DNA from: Acidobacteriota bacterium
Lineage (GTDB): Bacteria > Acidobacteriota > Terriglobia > Terriglobales > Acidobacteriaceae
DNA length: 64,000 nucleotides
Direction of reading: 5' to 3'
Assembly (NCBI GenBank): GCA_003224855.1
Contig: QHZY01000011.1
Location: 2,602-66,601 of the forward strand
The stretch's first letter is position 1; the number at the start of each line of letters is the position of its first letter. The notes beneath the pieces were generated by a model. It ran no database searches. It saw only the letters and a program-made list of their open reading frames with translations, and was not told the DNA's origin. The position numbers and the translations under genes are program-made. Positions 1-8,546 of this stretch are shown piece by piece.

Positions 1-1
1 G

Positions 2-1522
2 TCCACTGAGCTTTCGCACATTGCCTCGCTGGTGACCCACTACGCACTGGCGCATCCCGAGAAACATTTCGAGTTGCATTCGGCAACCAATGCCGTGCTG
101 GTTGCGCCGCCGGTCGAAGACCACAGCGGGCGTATTTATCAGGTGTTTGGCAAAGACGTTCTTGAGCAGCTGGTAGCGGTGGCGGCGGTGCAGGCGCTCG
201 AACGTCTGGGGCTTCCGCAGCCGCCGCCCTGGAAGCGCAACGGCAACGGCGGCAACGGCGAGCGGCCCGAAGCAGCGGAGCAGGATGTTTCTTTCGGCGA
301 GATGCGGCTGCACGGATTTATTTCGAAGCCCGAGATCCAGAAACTTAATCGCAATTCGATTTATGTGTTCGTCAACCGGCGCCTGGTACGCGACCGGCTG
401 ATCCAACACGCCCTGACCGAGGCTTACCGCAACGTGCTTCCGCCGACCGTGTACCCGGTGGTGCTGCTTTTTCTCGATATGCCGGGAGAAGAAGTGGACG
501 TGAATGTGCACCCTTCAAAGACCGAAGTGCGCTTCCGGCAATCGAGTTTCACGCACGATTTTGTGCGTGACTCGGTGCGTGCGGCGCTGATGAAAGCGCG
601 GCCGGTTCCGCACTTTATTTCTGAAATCAACGCCCGCCCCAGCGCCCACCATTCTCTGACTCCGCCGCTCACTCCGGGCGCGCGCGGCGAAACTGTCGAC
701 ATTGCCGCCTGGCGTTCGCTGTATGCGCCGGCCGCTCCGCCGGGCTTTGCTCTGCAGTCGCCGGCATTGCCCCCCTCGACCGAGCACCTGCAGTTTGCCG
801 GGGATGCCATCAGCGTGGAAGCAAACGCGGCGGTGGCGGTGGCACGCCTGCCGGACCAGCCGATCTTCCACCCGGCAAACGGCAATCGCTGTGCTCCTGC
901 TATCGAGGCCGAGCCTGAGTCCGCTTCCGGGCTCGCTCCCTCACTTTCGTCGTTGAAACCTCTGGGGCAGGTGCACGACTCCTTCATCCTCGCCGTAAGC
1001 TCCGAGGGCCTCTGGATCATCGATCAGCACGTGGCCCATGAGCGCGTGCTGTTTGAAAAAGTTCTCCGCCAACGAGCGGCACAGCAGGTAGAAAGCCAGC
1101 GGCTGTTGATGCCATTGCTGCTGGAGCTTACGCCCGCGCAACAGAGCATATTTTCGACAATCTCCGATGAACTGGCGCGCAACGGCTTTGAAGCGGAGCC
1201 GTTCGGGGCACGCAGCATTGCCATCAAGCTGGCTCCCGCCGGGATCGACGCTCCGCAGATTGAGCGGATGCTCCACGAGCTGCTCGAGCAGTTCGCCCGC
1301 GAAGAGCAGACCTTGAATCTGGAATTGGTGCGGGCACGCATTGCGGCCTCCATCGCGTGCCACGCCGCCATCAAGGTGAATATGCCGCTCGAGCAGAACA
1401 AAATGGAATGGATGTTGGCCGAACTGGCTAACACCGAGTGTCCTATGACCTGCCCTCATGGAAGGCCAGTAGTTCTCCGCTACTCGCTCAAAGATATTCA
1501 GCGGGCCTTCAAGCGAATTTGA
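2..1522 (+). CDS. mutL: DNA mismatch repair protein MutL, C-terminal ~500 aa (5' end outside window)
   Basis: The ORF is open to the window edge. The product has HPSKTEVRF, the DQHVAHERVLFE endonuclease motif, ACHAAIK and CPHGRP C-terminal motifs typical of MutL. The N-terminal ATPase domain is missing, so it lies upstream. Confidence 0.9.
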   Translation, partial: STELSHIASLVTHYALAHPEKHFELHSATNAVLVAPPVEDHSGRIYQVFGKDVLEQLVAVAAVQALERLGLPQPPPWKRNGNGGNGERPEAAEQDVSFGEMRLHGFISKPEIQKLNRNSIYVFVNRRLVRDRLIQHALTEAYRNVLPPTVYPVVLLFLDMPGEEVDVNVHPSKTEVRFRQSSFTHDFVRDSVRAALMKARPVPHFISEINARPSAHHSLTPPLTPGARGETVDIAAWRSLYAPAAPPGFALQSPALPPSTEHLQFAGDAISVEANAAVAVARLPDQPIFHPANGNRCAPAIEAEPESASGLAPSLSSLKPLGQVHDSFILAVSSEGLWIIDQHVAHERVLFEKVLRQRAAQQVESQRLLMPLLLELTPAQQSIFSTISDELARNGFEAEPFGARSIAIKLAPAGIDAPQIERMLHELLEQFAREEQTLNLELVRARIAASIACHAAIKVNMPLEQNKMEWMLAELANTECPMTCPHGRPVVLRYSLKDIQRAFKRI

Positions 1523-1662
1523 GAGCGAGTGATTTTCAAGCTCTGCAGATTCTCTTTTCAGCTCTTCTGTGCGTACTCTGCGGTTTTAAGATTTATCCGT
1601 TTCAACGCCAGATGTTCGCGGAAACTCGTTGCCTTCTAGCTATGTTCTAATGATTACAAGCC

Positions 1663-1690
1663 ATGACCGACCAGTTATGACCGACCAGGA
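1663..1690 (+). repeat. 14-bp tandem duplication spanning a start codon (ATGACCGACCAGTT / ATGACCGACCAGGA)
   Basis: Read directly: 12 of 14 positions are identical. The first ATG (1663) opens a 5-codon mini-ORF, MTDQL-stop. Its TGA overlaps the second ATG (1677) as ATGA. Confidence 0.85.
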
Positions 1691-2531
1691 GCTGCAGCAA
1701 CTACGTCGCGACAAGTGGCGCATCAACGGACAGCCGGTGCGTACTCTCGACGACGCTCGCTCCTTTATCGAATCGGTCGGTTTCTGCCAGCTGTATCCTC
1801 CCCGCTCGTCTGTGCTTCTGCCGACACTTCTCGGTGCCTGGGCGGGGAGCGACGAACGGCTTCCTAATCCCCAGCAGGCGTTTGCTGATGCGCGCGCGCG
1901 CGAAGCCACCGAACTGATGGTCCGTTTGTTGCGCGATCATGGCGCTTACGAAGCCAATCTCGGCGAGGAAAGTAATTCGCTGCTCATGGCGGCTTCGGTG
2001 TTCCCTTACTTCTACGCCCTGGTGGGCGAACGCAACCCACGTCAGTCTCCCAAAGCAGGAGCCCGCGCGCCCTACTCTCAGCTGGCCTGCGATGCACATG
2101 AAGCCATTCGCCGCGGTGGCCCCATCTCAAAGCAGCAGTTGCTCACCACTCTCGGCAAGGGAATTTCGGGCGCGGCGCTGGATCGCGCTCTGATCGAGCT
2201 GTGGTCGAAGCTGCGTATCACACGGGTGGATTACCACCCGGAACAAGGTGCTTCCTGGGACCTGCTGCTGCGGTGGGCGCCGGAGGCGGTGCGGGAAGGT
2301 ATTCAAATATCGCTCCCGGAAGCGGTCTCGGCGATCGTTTCCAAGTACTTCGATGGCATGGTCGCTGCCGAACTGGCAGAGGTCGAGTCGTTCTTTGGAA
2401 ATTTTGTTTCTCGTTCACGCATTCGCGAGGCGGTGAATGCATTGCTGGCCGCGCGTGAGCTAAGTTTCGTGCACGTCGACAGCCGCACTCTGATTCAGAT
2501 TGCCGCGCCCAAAATCGCGCATCGCGCCTAG
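1677..2531 (+). CDS. conserved hypothetical protein (no family assigned)
   Basis: Long ORF with coding-like composition and no recognisable motif. The start is ambiguous: in-frame TTG 1629, ATG 1650 or ATG 1677. I report 1677 (MTDQELQQLRRDKW...). Confidence 0.55.
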   Translation: MTDQELQQLRRDKWRINGQPVRTLDDARSFIESVGFCQLYPPRSSVLLPTLLGAWAGSDERLPNPQQAFADARAREATELMVRLLRDHGAYEANLGEESNSLLMAASVFPYFYALVGERNPRQSPKAGARAPYSQLACDAHEAIRRGGPISKQQLLTTLGKGISGAALDRALIELWSKLRITRVDYHPEQGASWDLLLRWAPEAVREGIQISLPEAVSAIVSKYFDGMVAAELAEVESFFGNFVSRSRIREAVNALLAARELSFVHVDSRTLIQIAAPKIAHRA

Positions 2532-2593
2532 GCAGAATCTGCTTTCCAAAAGCCTCTGGTGGTCGCATAATGCACGCCGCTAAAGGAGACGAC

Positions 2594-2984
2594 ATGAACA
2601 AGCGTATTCTTCTGGCCGGGATGCTGGGCGCGATCGCGATGTTTATCTGGGCATCTCTGGCGCACATGGTGCTGCCACTCGGTGAAACCGGATTCAAGGA
2701 GATTCCTTCGGAGCATCACCGAAATGGCAGAGGTACTGATTGCCGTGTTCCTGCTTTCACAAACTCGAATTTCAAGCTATGGCGGGAGAGTGGGATTCAT
2801 AATGCTGGTGGGCCTGGCTGCCGTAATCACCACCAATGTTTCCTACTGGAACTGGTATGGCTTTCCCGGCAATTACACCTTGGCTTACATGTTTACCGGG
2901 TTCATGGGATACCTCTTCGCCGGGATGGTTGCTGCCAAGGCACTGGGAAAATACGCTCCTGTGGCTCTCTCCAGAGCGGCATAA
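2594..2984 (+). pseudogene. small polytopic membrane protein gene split between two frames (frameshift or internal deletion near 2700-2725)
   Basis: AAGGAG (2583-2588) lies 5 nt before ATG 2594, giving MNKRILLAGMLGAIAMFIWASLAHMVLPLGETGFKEIPSE. Past about 2712 that frame becomes Arg/Cys/His-rich nonsense. A second frame then carries the hydrophobic ...ITEMAEVLIAVFLLSQTR...VGLAAVITTNVSYWNWYGFPGNYTLAYMFTGFMGYLFAGMVAAKAL, ending in TAA at 2982-2984. Confidence 0.45.
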
Positions 2985-3019
2985 AAAATGCCCCACCCAG
3001 CTTGTTCGCTGAGTGGGGC
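2983..3019 (-). terminator. intrinsic terminator downstream of the SPFH gene (hairpin shared by convergent genes)
   Basis: On the minus strand the sequence reads GCCCCACTCAGC-GAACAA-GCTGGGTGGGGC followed by ATTTTTTAT. This is a 12-bp stem with one G-U pair plus a U-tract, 28 nt after the stop at 3047. Confidence 0.75.
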
Positions 3020-3046
3020 CGTTCTGATCGCCCTATCGCCTGTCGC

Positions 3047-4048
3047 CTATCTCTGCTCCGTCGGCAGCGGCATCAGCAGGTTCTCTTTGCCGCCCAGCAC
3101 CGTCTTGGGCAGATCGCCGTTCCATTTGTCGACCAGTGCTCGCTGGTTTTCGAGCCGCTTCCACTCCAGTAACTGAGGAGTGATGGAAGCCTGCCGCAAG
3201 CGGTTGGCCTCCGCCTCACCATGCGCCCGTTCGATCATGCTGGTAGCCTCACCGCGCGCCCGCTCTACCTGGCTGCGTGCTTCGCCTTCGGCTTCGGCCA
3301 CGGTCTTGGCCATTTCGGCCTGCGTGACCGCCAGCTGATTGCGTGCCCGTTCCGCTTCGGTAATGGCCTGCGTCTTCTGCGTGATCGCCTGCTCAATTGC
3401 CGCCGTGAAACGCGGCTTGCCGATGAAGCCGAACTGCTGGATCTGCACCCCCACGGGTGACAGTGCCTCCTGCACTTTGGCGCGCGCTTCTCTCAGAAAG
3501 CGCGCCTTGTTTTCGCCATAAATATCCTCCAGCGTGTAGGTGGATGCCACCTCATTCAGCGAATTGCGCACGATATCTTTCAGAATGCCGTGCGTGAAGC
3601 GCTCCAGATCGTCGGTGCGATACTTTACGTAGAAGTCAGGCACCTTCACTGCATCGATCGCATAGGACAGCGAAACATCCGCGCGCACTTCCTGACCCTC
3701 CTTACTGTTGAACACCAGTTCCTCGTTGAACGGATGTCCTTCGTTCACGTCCGAGGTCCACTTCACCGTCTGCACAAAAGTCGGAAACGCGATGATTTGC
3801 GTTTTCAGCGGCGAATAGAATACCCAGCCGGTGCGGATCGGGATTTCCTGGGCGCCGCGCTGGCTGCCGGCAAGGTTCACTTCTACTCCCACGTATCCCG
3901 CGCCAATTCGCGTAACCCGCACGATGCTGGTGATGATAACCATCGCCATTACCGCAGCGGCGGCGATCAGCGCCAGGCGAACCGTGTGCCCCCCATTGCC
4001 TCCCAAGCGCTCGCGAACATCACGATTGGTGAAAATTGTGGTTGTCAT
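3047..4048 (-). CDS. SPFH/band-7 (prohibitin/HflC-like) domain protein
   Basis: An N-terminal TM segment (LALIAAAAVMAMVIITSIV) is followed by an SPFH-like core and a C-terminal Ala/Glu-rich coiled-coil (AEAEGEARSQVERARGEA...). Confidence 0.85.
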   Translation of the reverse strand: MTTTIFTNRDVRERLGGNGGHTVRLALIAAAAVMAMVIITSIVRVTRIGAGYVGVEVNLAGSQRGAQEIPIRTGWVFYSPLKTQIIAFPTFVQTVKWTSDVNEGHPFNEELVFNSKEGQEVRADVSLSYAIDAVKVPDFYVKYRTDDLERFTHGILKDIVRNSLNEVASTYTLEDIYGENKARFLREARAKVQEALSPVGVQIQQFGFIGKPRFTAAIEQAITQKTQAITEAERARNQLAVTQAEMAKTVAEAEGEARSQVERARGEATSMIERAHGEAEANRLRQASITPQLLEWKRLENQRALVDKWNGDLPKTVLGGKENLLMPLPTEQR

Positions 4049-4124
4049 AACCGCCTCCTCTCGCGCACTAGTGCGCAGACAAACGTTCCCCCTCGAGTGG
4101 ATCTCACTCGCTCTCTTCTGCTTT

Positions 4125-4316
4125 TCAGTGTCGCTGGGCTCGCCAGATACCGGCGATCAGGGAAGGCACAATGACCAGCAGCAGGAGCGCACCTGTCGTA
4201 CCGCTCCAGAACCACAAGTCGCTGGGCAGGTTCATCCAGTTCAGAAACCGGCTGAAGAAAGCCACTGCCAGCATCAGCACCAGAGCGGTTGCCGCCAGCT
4301 TAAGTCTCTTCGTCAT
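4125..4316 (-). CDS. small two-TM membrane protein upstream of the SPFH gene
   Basis: 63-aa ORF with two clear hydrophobic helices. It is on the same strand as the SPFH gene and 76 nt upstream of it. No family assigned. Confidence 0.5.
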   Translation of the reverse strand: MTKRLKLAATALVLMLAVAFFSRFLNWMNLPSDLWFWSGTTGALLLLVIVPSLIAGIWRAQRH

Positions 4317-4522
4317 TTCCTGCCTCTTTCGCTTACACCATGAAAGATGCCAGGTTTGTTCCTCGGTAGCGGCGATATATTTGCCGCAGAATCAATCATT
4401 CACAGTCATAAAAAGCTTTACTGAAACGTTTTAACCAGAATTCGCGCTGCTGGCGTCTGCTGCACCCATCGGCCACTCACGAGAGCAGCAGCCGTGTACA
4501 ATCCAATGTTTCTCGTATTCCA

Positions 4523-5242
4523 ATGGCTGATTCCCGCAAGCTCATCATCGCGATCGATGGTCCCGCAGGGGCGGGAAAGAGCACCATTGCCTCACGGCTC
4601 GCGCGCAAACTCGGCTACGTGAATCTTGAGAGCGGTGCCATGTATCGCGCGCTGGCTTTGAAAGCGATTGAGTGGGACGTTTCGTTCGACGATGAACAGG
4701 ATTTGCTGAAGCTGGCCCACGAAGCGCGCATTCAACTTGAGCCTACACTCACCGGCAACCGGGTGTTGCTCGATGGAAAGGATGTTTCGCAGCGGGTGCG
4801 CGAACCTGACGTCACCGAAGCGGCATCGCGGGTTTCGGTCCATCCCCTGGTCCGCGAGTGGATGGTGGCACGCCAGCAGGAAATGGGCACCGAGGGAGGC
4901 ATCGTGATGGAGGGGAGGGATATCGGGACGAAAGTTTTTCCGAATGCACAGGTAAAAATCTTTCTGGATGCCGATCCGGTGGTGCGCGAACAGCGGCGCC
5001 TGGCACAGAAGAAGATGTCGAATGCTGCCGCCCAGGTGAGCTTCGCCGAATTACGTGAACGCGATCAGCGCGACCGCACCCGCGCTGCTTCTCCGCTGCA
5101 GCCCGCACCCGACGCATTGATTCTTGATTCCACCAGGATGTCGGAAGAGGATGTTTTGCAGCGGGTGGAAGAGTACGTCAGCGCCAGGCTGGATACGGCC
5201 GGGCTGGATGTGCCCAGGCTGGATGCTGCAGGGCCGACCTAG
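4523..5242 (+). CDS. cmk: cytidylate kinase
   Basis: P-loop IAIDGPAGAGKST and the overall Cmk layout (GAMYRA..., EGRDIGT). The C-terminus is extended by a repeat-derived tail. Confidence 0.9.
   Translation: MADSRKLIIAIDGPAGAGKSTIASRLARKLGYVNLESGAMYRALALKAIEWDVSFDDEQDLLKLAHEARIQLEPTLTGNRVLLDGKDVSQRVREPDVTEAASRVSVHPLVREWMVARQQEMGTEGGIVMEGRDIGTKVFPNAQVKIFLDADPVVREQRRLAQKKMSNAAAQVSFAELRERDQRDRTRAASPLQPAPDALILDSTRMSEEDVLQRVEEYVSARLDTAGLDVPRLDAAGPT
5183..5227 (+). repeat. three imperfect in-frame 15-nt tandem repeats forming the Cmk C-terminal tail
   Basis: gccaggctggatacg / gccgggctggatgtg / cccaggctggatgct, encoding ARLDT-AGLDV-PRLDA. Confidence 0.7.
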
Positions 5243-5256
5243 CAGCAGTTGGTTCC

Positions 5257-6921
5257 TTACTTCACTTGCAGCAGGATGTAATTCGAGCCCTGGTAAACCG
5301 TTGGATAGCTTTGCAAGAGCAATCCGAGATTTTCGTGGAAGTCCCGCCACTTGTCGAATTCAAGCAATACATAGCTGACGTCGTACTTTCTCATCAGCTC
5401 CGGCATTTGAGCCGATCCTGAATACATCTGAAAAATGTCGCTCTCGCGGGAGTGATAGTCAATGCCGTGAGTCCACAGCCATCCCCGGTATCCCATAATA
5501 ATACGGCGCCCGGCGAGACACGGGATTGGATGATTGTGTTTGTCGGAGGTAAGAAAGATTGCGTCAGCCGGCGTGTGCTGGCGGACATAGTTCGCGAGCG
5601 CAATGTCGTCGTTCGAAAACATCAACCAGTGCAAATGAAACTCACGATAAACAGAAAAGGCGCCCGTCAAGCTAAGGCTGGCGCCCAACAGCAGAGAGGC
5701 GACAATCCCTTTCCAGCCATATCTTTGGCGAAGCACAGCGAACAAAACCGCACATCCGACGCAACTGATCAAAAAACTCCACAGCATCAGCTTCATGTTG
5801 TCGAAATCGTGCGGCTGGAAGATGAGAATGTTGGAAATTAAAAACACCATCAGAAATGCGGCCCAAAACCTTTTGAAGCGCGGCGGAGAGAAGTGCCACG
5901 CCGCTGCAAAAACAAAAAGATGCGGGCTCAGGTTTTTCAACCAGAACCAGATCGCAGATTCTTTGCCCGCCATCCAGCCCAGCTGCAAGCGAAAAAATGA
6001 ATGGCTGTGAGCAGGGGCAATCCACACAACTTGCGGTAAAGCTAACAGCAGCACAGGCACTGCAAACCATAGCCAGTTCAGCATGGTTTGTTTCCGTTCT
6101 GGCTGAGTGATCTCGATGACAAAAAGCGCGGCTGCCGCCAGCGCCAGCGCAACAAAACTGTGAAAATGCACGAGCGGTATCAGCGAAAGCGCCAGGCCGG
6201 CGTAAAACAGATGAGCTCGTTTGCCGCCATTCCAATAATTCCACAGTTGCCGGACGGCCACTAGTCCGAGCGCCAGGCCGAATACCATGGCTCGCTGGGG
6301 AAGCACATAATCGGATATGACATTAGAAAACTGGATGTTGTGATCGATCAGGTGCGCGTAATCGTGCGGTGGATGGGCCGCGAATTCCAGAAACGACAGC
6401 TGGGAGGCATGGTAATCCTGCCAAAAATAAAGCATGCCCGCCAGCGTGCCGTTGAACAGGAACAAGAACGGCACCCACAGGGCTTCGTAGCTATCCTCAA
6501 CGCTGCGCGCCAGGAAATACATTTCGATGATGGCGGCCAGAATTGCAAATAAAGTTGGCCAGATCAGGCTCCCCTGCAGGCTGAGACCCTGCTTGAGCAG
6601 CCATGCACTCAGCAGGTCGGGCAGAAACGGATAAGAGAGTTTGGCTCCTGGAAAGATCGGGTTCTCGCGGACCGCGCCCACGCCTCGCTGAGCAAAATTG
6701 GAAATCATTGAGAGATGCCAGGCAAGGTCGCCCCAGGTGGAGCCGCCCGAGTAGAGCCCGGCCGGCCCGGGCTGCACCATGTGGGACGCAAGCAATGAGT
6801 AGAAAAGAATTCCAAAGCAAACTAGAAATCCGGCCGGGGCCAGAACACTCTGCCAAGAGCACGTGCGCAGATCGGCCTTTGTGGTTGAGGTTGCCTCAGT
6901 GGCTGGCATGATTGGCCACAT
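5257..6921 (-). CDS. large polytopic membrane protein, possible GT-C-fold glycosyltransferase
   Basis: 554 aa with many TM helices and a soluble C-terminal domain. It overlaps the stop of the upstream GT-C-like gene by 26 nt. The family call is tentative. Confidence 0.55.
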   Translation of the reverse strand: MWPIMPATEATSTTKADLRTCSWQSVLAPAGFLVCFGILFYSLLASHMVQPGPAGLYSGGSTWGDLAWHLSMISNFAQRGVGAVRENPIFPGAKLSYPFLPDLLSAWLLKQGLSLQGSLIWPTLFAILAAIIEMYFLARSVEDSYEALWVPFLFLFNGTLAGMLYFWQDYHASQLSFLEFAAHPPHDYAHLIDHNIQFSNVISDYVLPQRAMVFGLALGLVAVRQLWNYWNGGKRAHLFYAGLALSLIPLVHFHSFVALALAAAALFVIEITQPERKQTMLNWLWFAVPVLLLALPQVVWIAPAHSHSFFRLQLGWMAGKESAIWFWLKNLSPHLFVFAAAWHFSPPRFKRFWAAFLMVFLISNILIFQPHDFDNMKLMLWSFLISCVGCAVLFAVLRQRYGWKGIVASLLLGASLSLTGAFSVYREFHLHWLMFSNDDIALANYVRQHTPADAIFLTSDKHNHPIPCLAGRRIIMGYRGWLWTHGIDYHSRESDIFQMYSGSAQMPELMRKYDVSYVLLEFDKWRDFHENLGLLLQSYPTVYQGSNYILLQVK

Positions 6922-8455
6922 AGAGCGTGAGCTGGACTCCCGGTCGCAAAGGATAGCTTCCGCGCTTGGTGTAGCCGCCGAGCATTGGCTCAGCTTGCGC
7001 CTGCTGCAGCGTGGAGACGATTACCAGGTCAGCGTTGGTGGCGGTGATCTTTCCGTAAAATCCGGCGTTGAGGTAGTTCCGCGTATACCACGGCAGCGGC
7101 CAATAATCAGGACTGAGGATGGCGATGCTGGTTTTCTCTGCCGCAATGCCTTGAGCCGAACCATCGATCTGGTCGACCAATCGCATAAAGCCTCGCTGAG
7201 TTTGGGCGTAAGGATAGACCCAGCGATCGTCATCGTAATGGAAGAAGTTGAGCAGCACAGACTGATACAGGGATACTGACAAGGCTGCTATGCCAATAAC
7301 CGCGACCACGGCGCGTGTAACCGGATTTGCGTGCCCGGCGCGCCAACTCTCCTCGATCGCATACCCTGCCGAGAAAGCCATGGGCACGATGATGTTCAGC
7401 AACAACCAGGGTGTTTTGTAGGGCAAGGCTGAATAAATCGCAAGTAAGCCCAATCCCCAGAGGCCGGAAAAAAGTGCGAAGCGGTTGTTACGCCGTATTA
7501 GAGCAAGCAACGCGCCCGCAATCCCCAACAGAAAAATCGGCGATTCAATTCGCAGCAGCCAGCGTACGTGAGTAAACCAGGGCGCAGTCTGCTGGCTCAT
7601 GCCCGTACGGCTCCAATAGGTATAGGTGCTGACTGCATCGCGCAATCCTTGCGGAAAATTGCCCAGGAAAGATGAGAAAAAGACGATGCAGCAGGCGAGG
7701 AAAAGCAAGGCGGCAAGAGACAGGGAGTTTGCGAGATTTTTTAATCCGCCGAAGTCCCGGATTGCTGGCCTGCACTGCGAGTTCACCAGAGCCACGGCAA
7801 GGCCGGCAGCGAGCGCGATCGCGGCCCACGAAATGGGAGTGGTTTCCTTGGTGGAAAACATCAGGGCAGCGGTAACGGCGCACATCACCAGATCTTGCCG
7901 CTGACGCGCGCGCCAGAACTGCAGGCCGTAATACACCAGGGCCAGAGTGAAGAAGACCAGCAAAGGCTCATGAATGAAATCTCGCGACAGGTAAACCGCA
8001 CCTGGAGAGAGCGCCAGCAAAGCCGCGGCAGAAACAGTCGCAAGTGTTCCCAGCCAGCGGCGGAACGCGATCACCAGCGCGACGGTGGCGGTCCCGGACA
8101 GCACGGGCAAAATGCGCAAGGCGCGGGTTGTGGTGCCCTCGCCCCCGAAGATCAGATTGTTGATGCTGCAGACCACCAGCGAAAAATAATAGAGCGTAGG
8201 GCCATGGTAATTAGCCGGGTTGTAGCGGTACACCCCATGCCGAAAGAGATCGAGCAGAAAGAAACCGTTTACGCCCTCGTCATGATGAAGTGGCTTGAGA
8301 GTGATATCGTACAGCCGCAAAATGGCAGCGGCAGCAATGATGAGCCAGGCGACGTAAGTCCAAAGCCGGGATTCATTTCCGCCTGCAGGCTCGTCGGTTG
8401 TGGGCGTGTCCCGCGCTGCCGGCGATGTCTCGTCGATTCTGGTGCCAGTATCCAA
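6896..8455 (-). CDS. GT-C-fold membrane glycosyltransferase-like protein (ArnT/PMT-like; resembles the TIGR03663 family)
   Basis: Polytopic membrane protein. The first loop motif, LKPLHHDEGVNGFF, follows TM1 as I recall for TIGR03663/GT39-like proteins. About 12 TM segments and a C-terminal soluble domain. Confidence 0.65.
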   Translation of the reverse strand: MDTGTRIDETSPAARDTPTTDEPAGGNESRLWTYVAWLIIAAAAILRLYDITLKPLHHDEGVNGFFLLDLFRHGVYRYNPANYHGPTLYYFSLVVCSINNLIFGGEGTTTRALRILPVLSGTATVALVIAFRRWLGTLATVSAAALLALSPGAVYLSRDFIHEPLLVFFTLALVYYGLQFWRARQRQDLVMCAVTAALMFSTKETTPISWAAIALAAGLAVALVNSQCRPAIRDFGGLKNLANSLSLAALLFLACCIVFFSSFLGNFPQGLRDAVSTYTYWSRTGMSQQTAPWFTHVRWLLRIESPIFLLGIAGALLALIRRNNRFALFSGLWGLGLLAIYSALPYKTPWLLLNIIVPMAFSAGYAIEESWRAGHANPVTRAVVAVIGIAALSVSLYQSVLLNFFHYDDDRWVYPYAQTQRGFMRLVDQIDGSAQGIAAEKTSIAILSPDYWPLPWYTRNYLNAGFYGKITATNADLVIVSTLQQAQAEPMLGGYTKRGSYPLRPGVQLTLYVANHASH

Positions 8456-8546
8456 TCAAGTAAAAGGTACCAGTTCTATTGAGCGCTGCGCACGGTGGTG
8501 TGTTCGGGAACCATGGATGGCAAGAACACAGGCTGATCAGCGCTTA

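Noticed and set aside
2570-3172. 200-aa plus-strand ORF taken at face value as one protein
   Set aside because: After about residue 48 the translation is Arg/Cys/His-rich and not protein-like, and it reads through a strong terminator hairpin into the convergent SPFH gene. Only the N-terminal segment looks real (see the split membrane gene).
8456-8546. 7-bp inverted repeat (TGTGTTC ... GAACACA) downstream of the patatin gene, considered as a terminator
   Set aside because: The loop is about 20 nt and no U-tract is adjacent, so the evidence is too weak.
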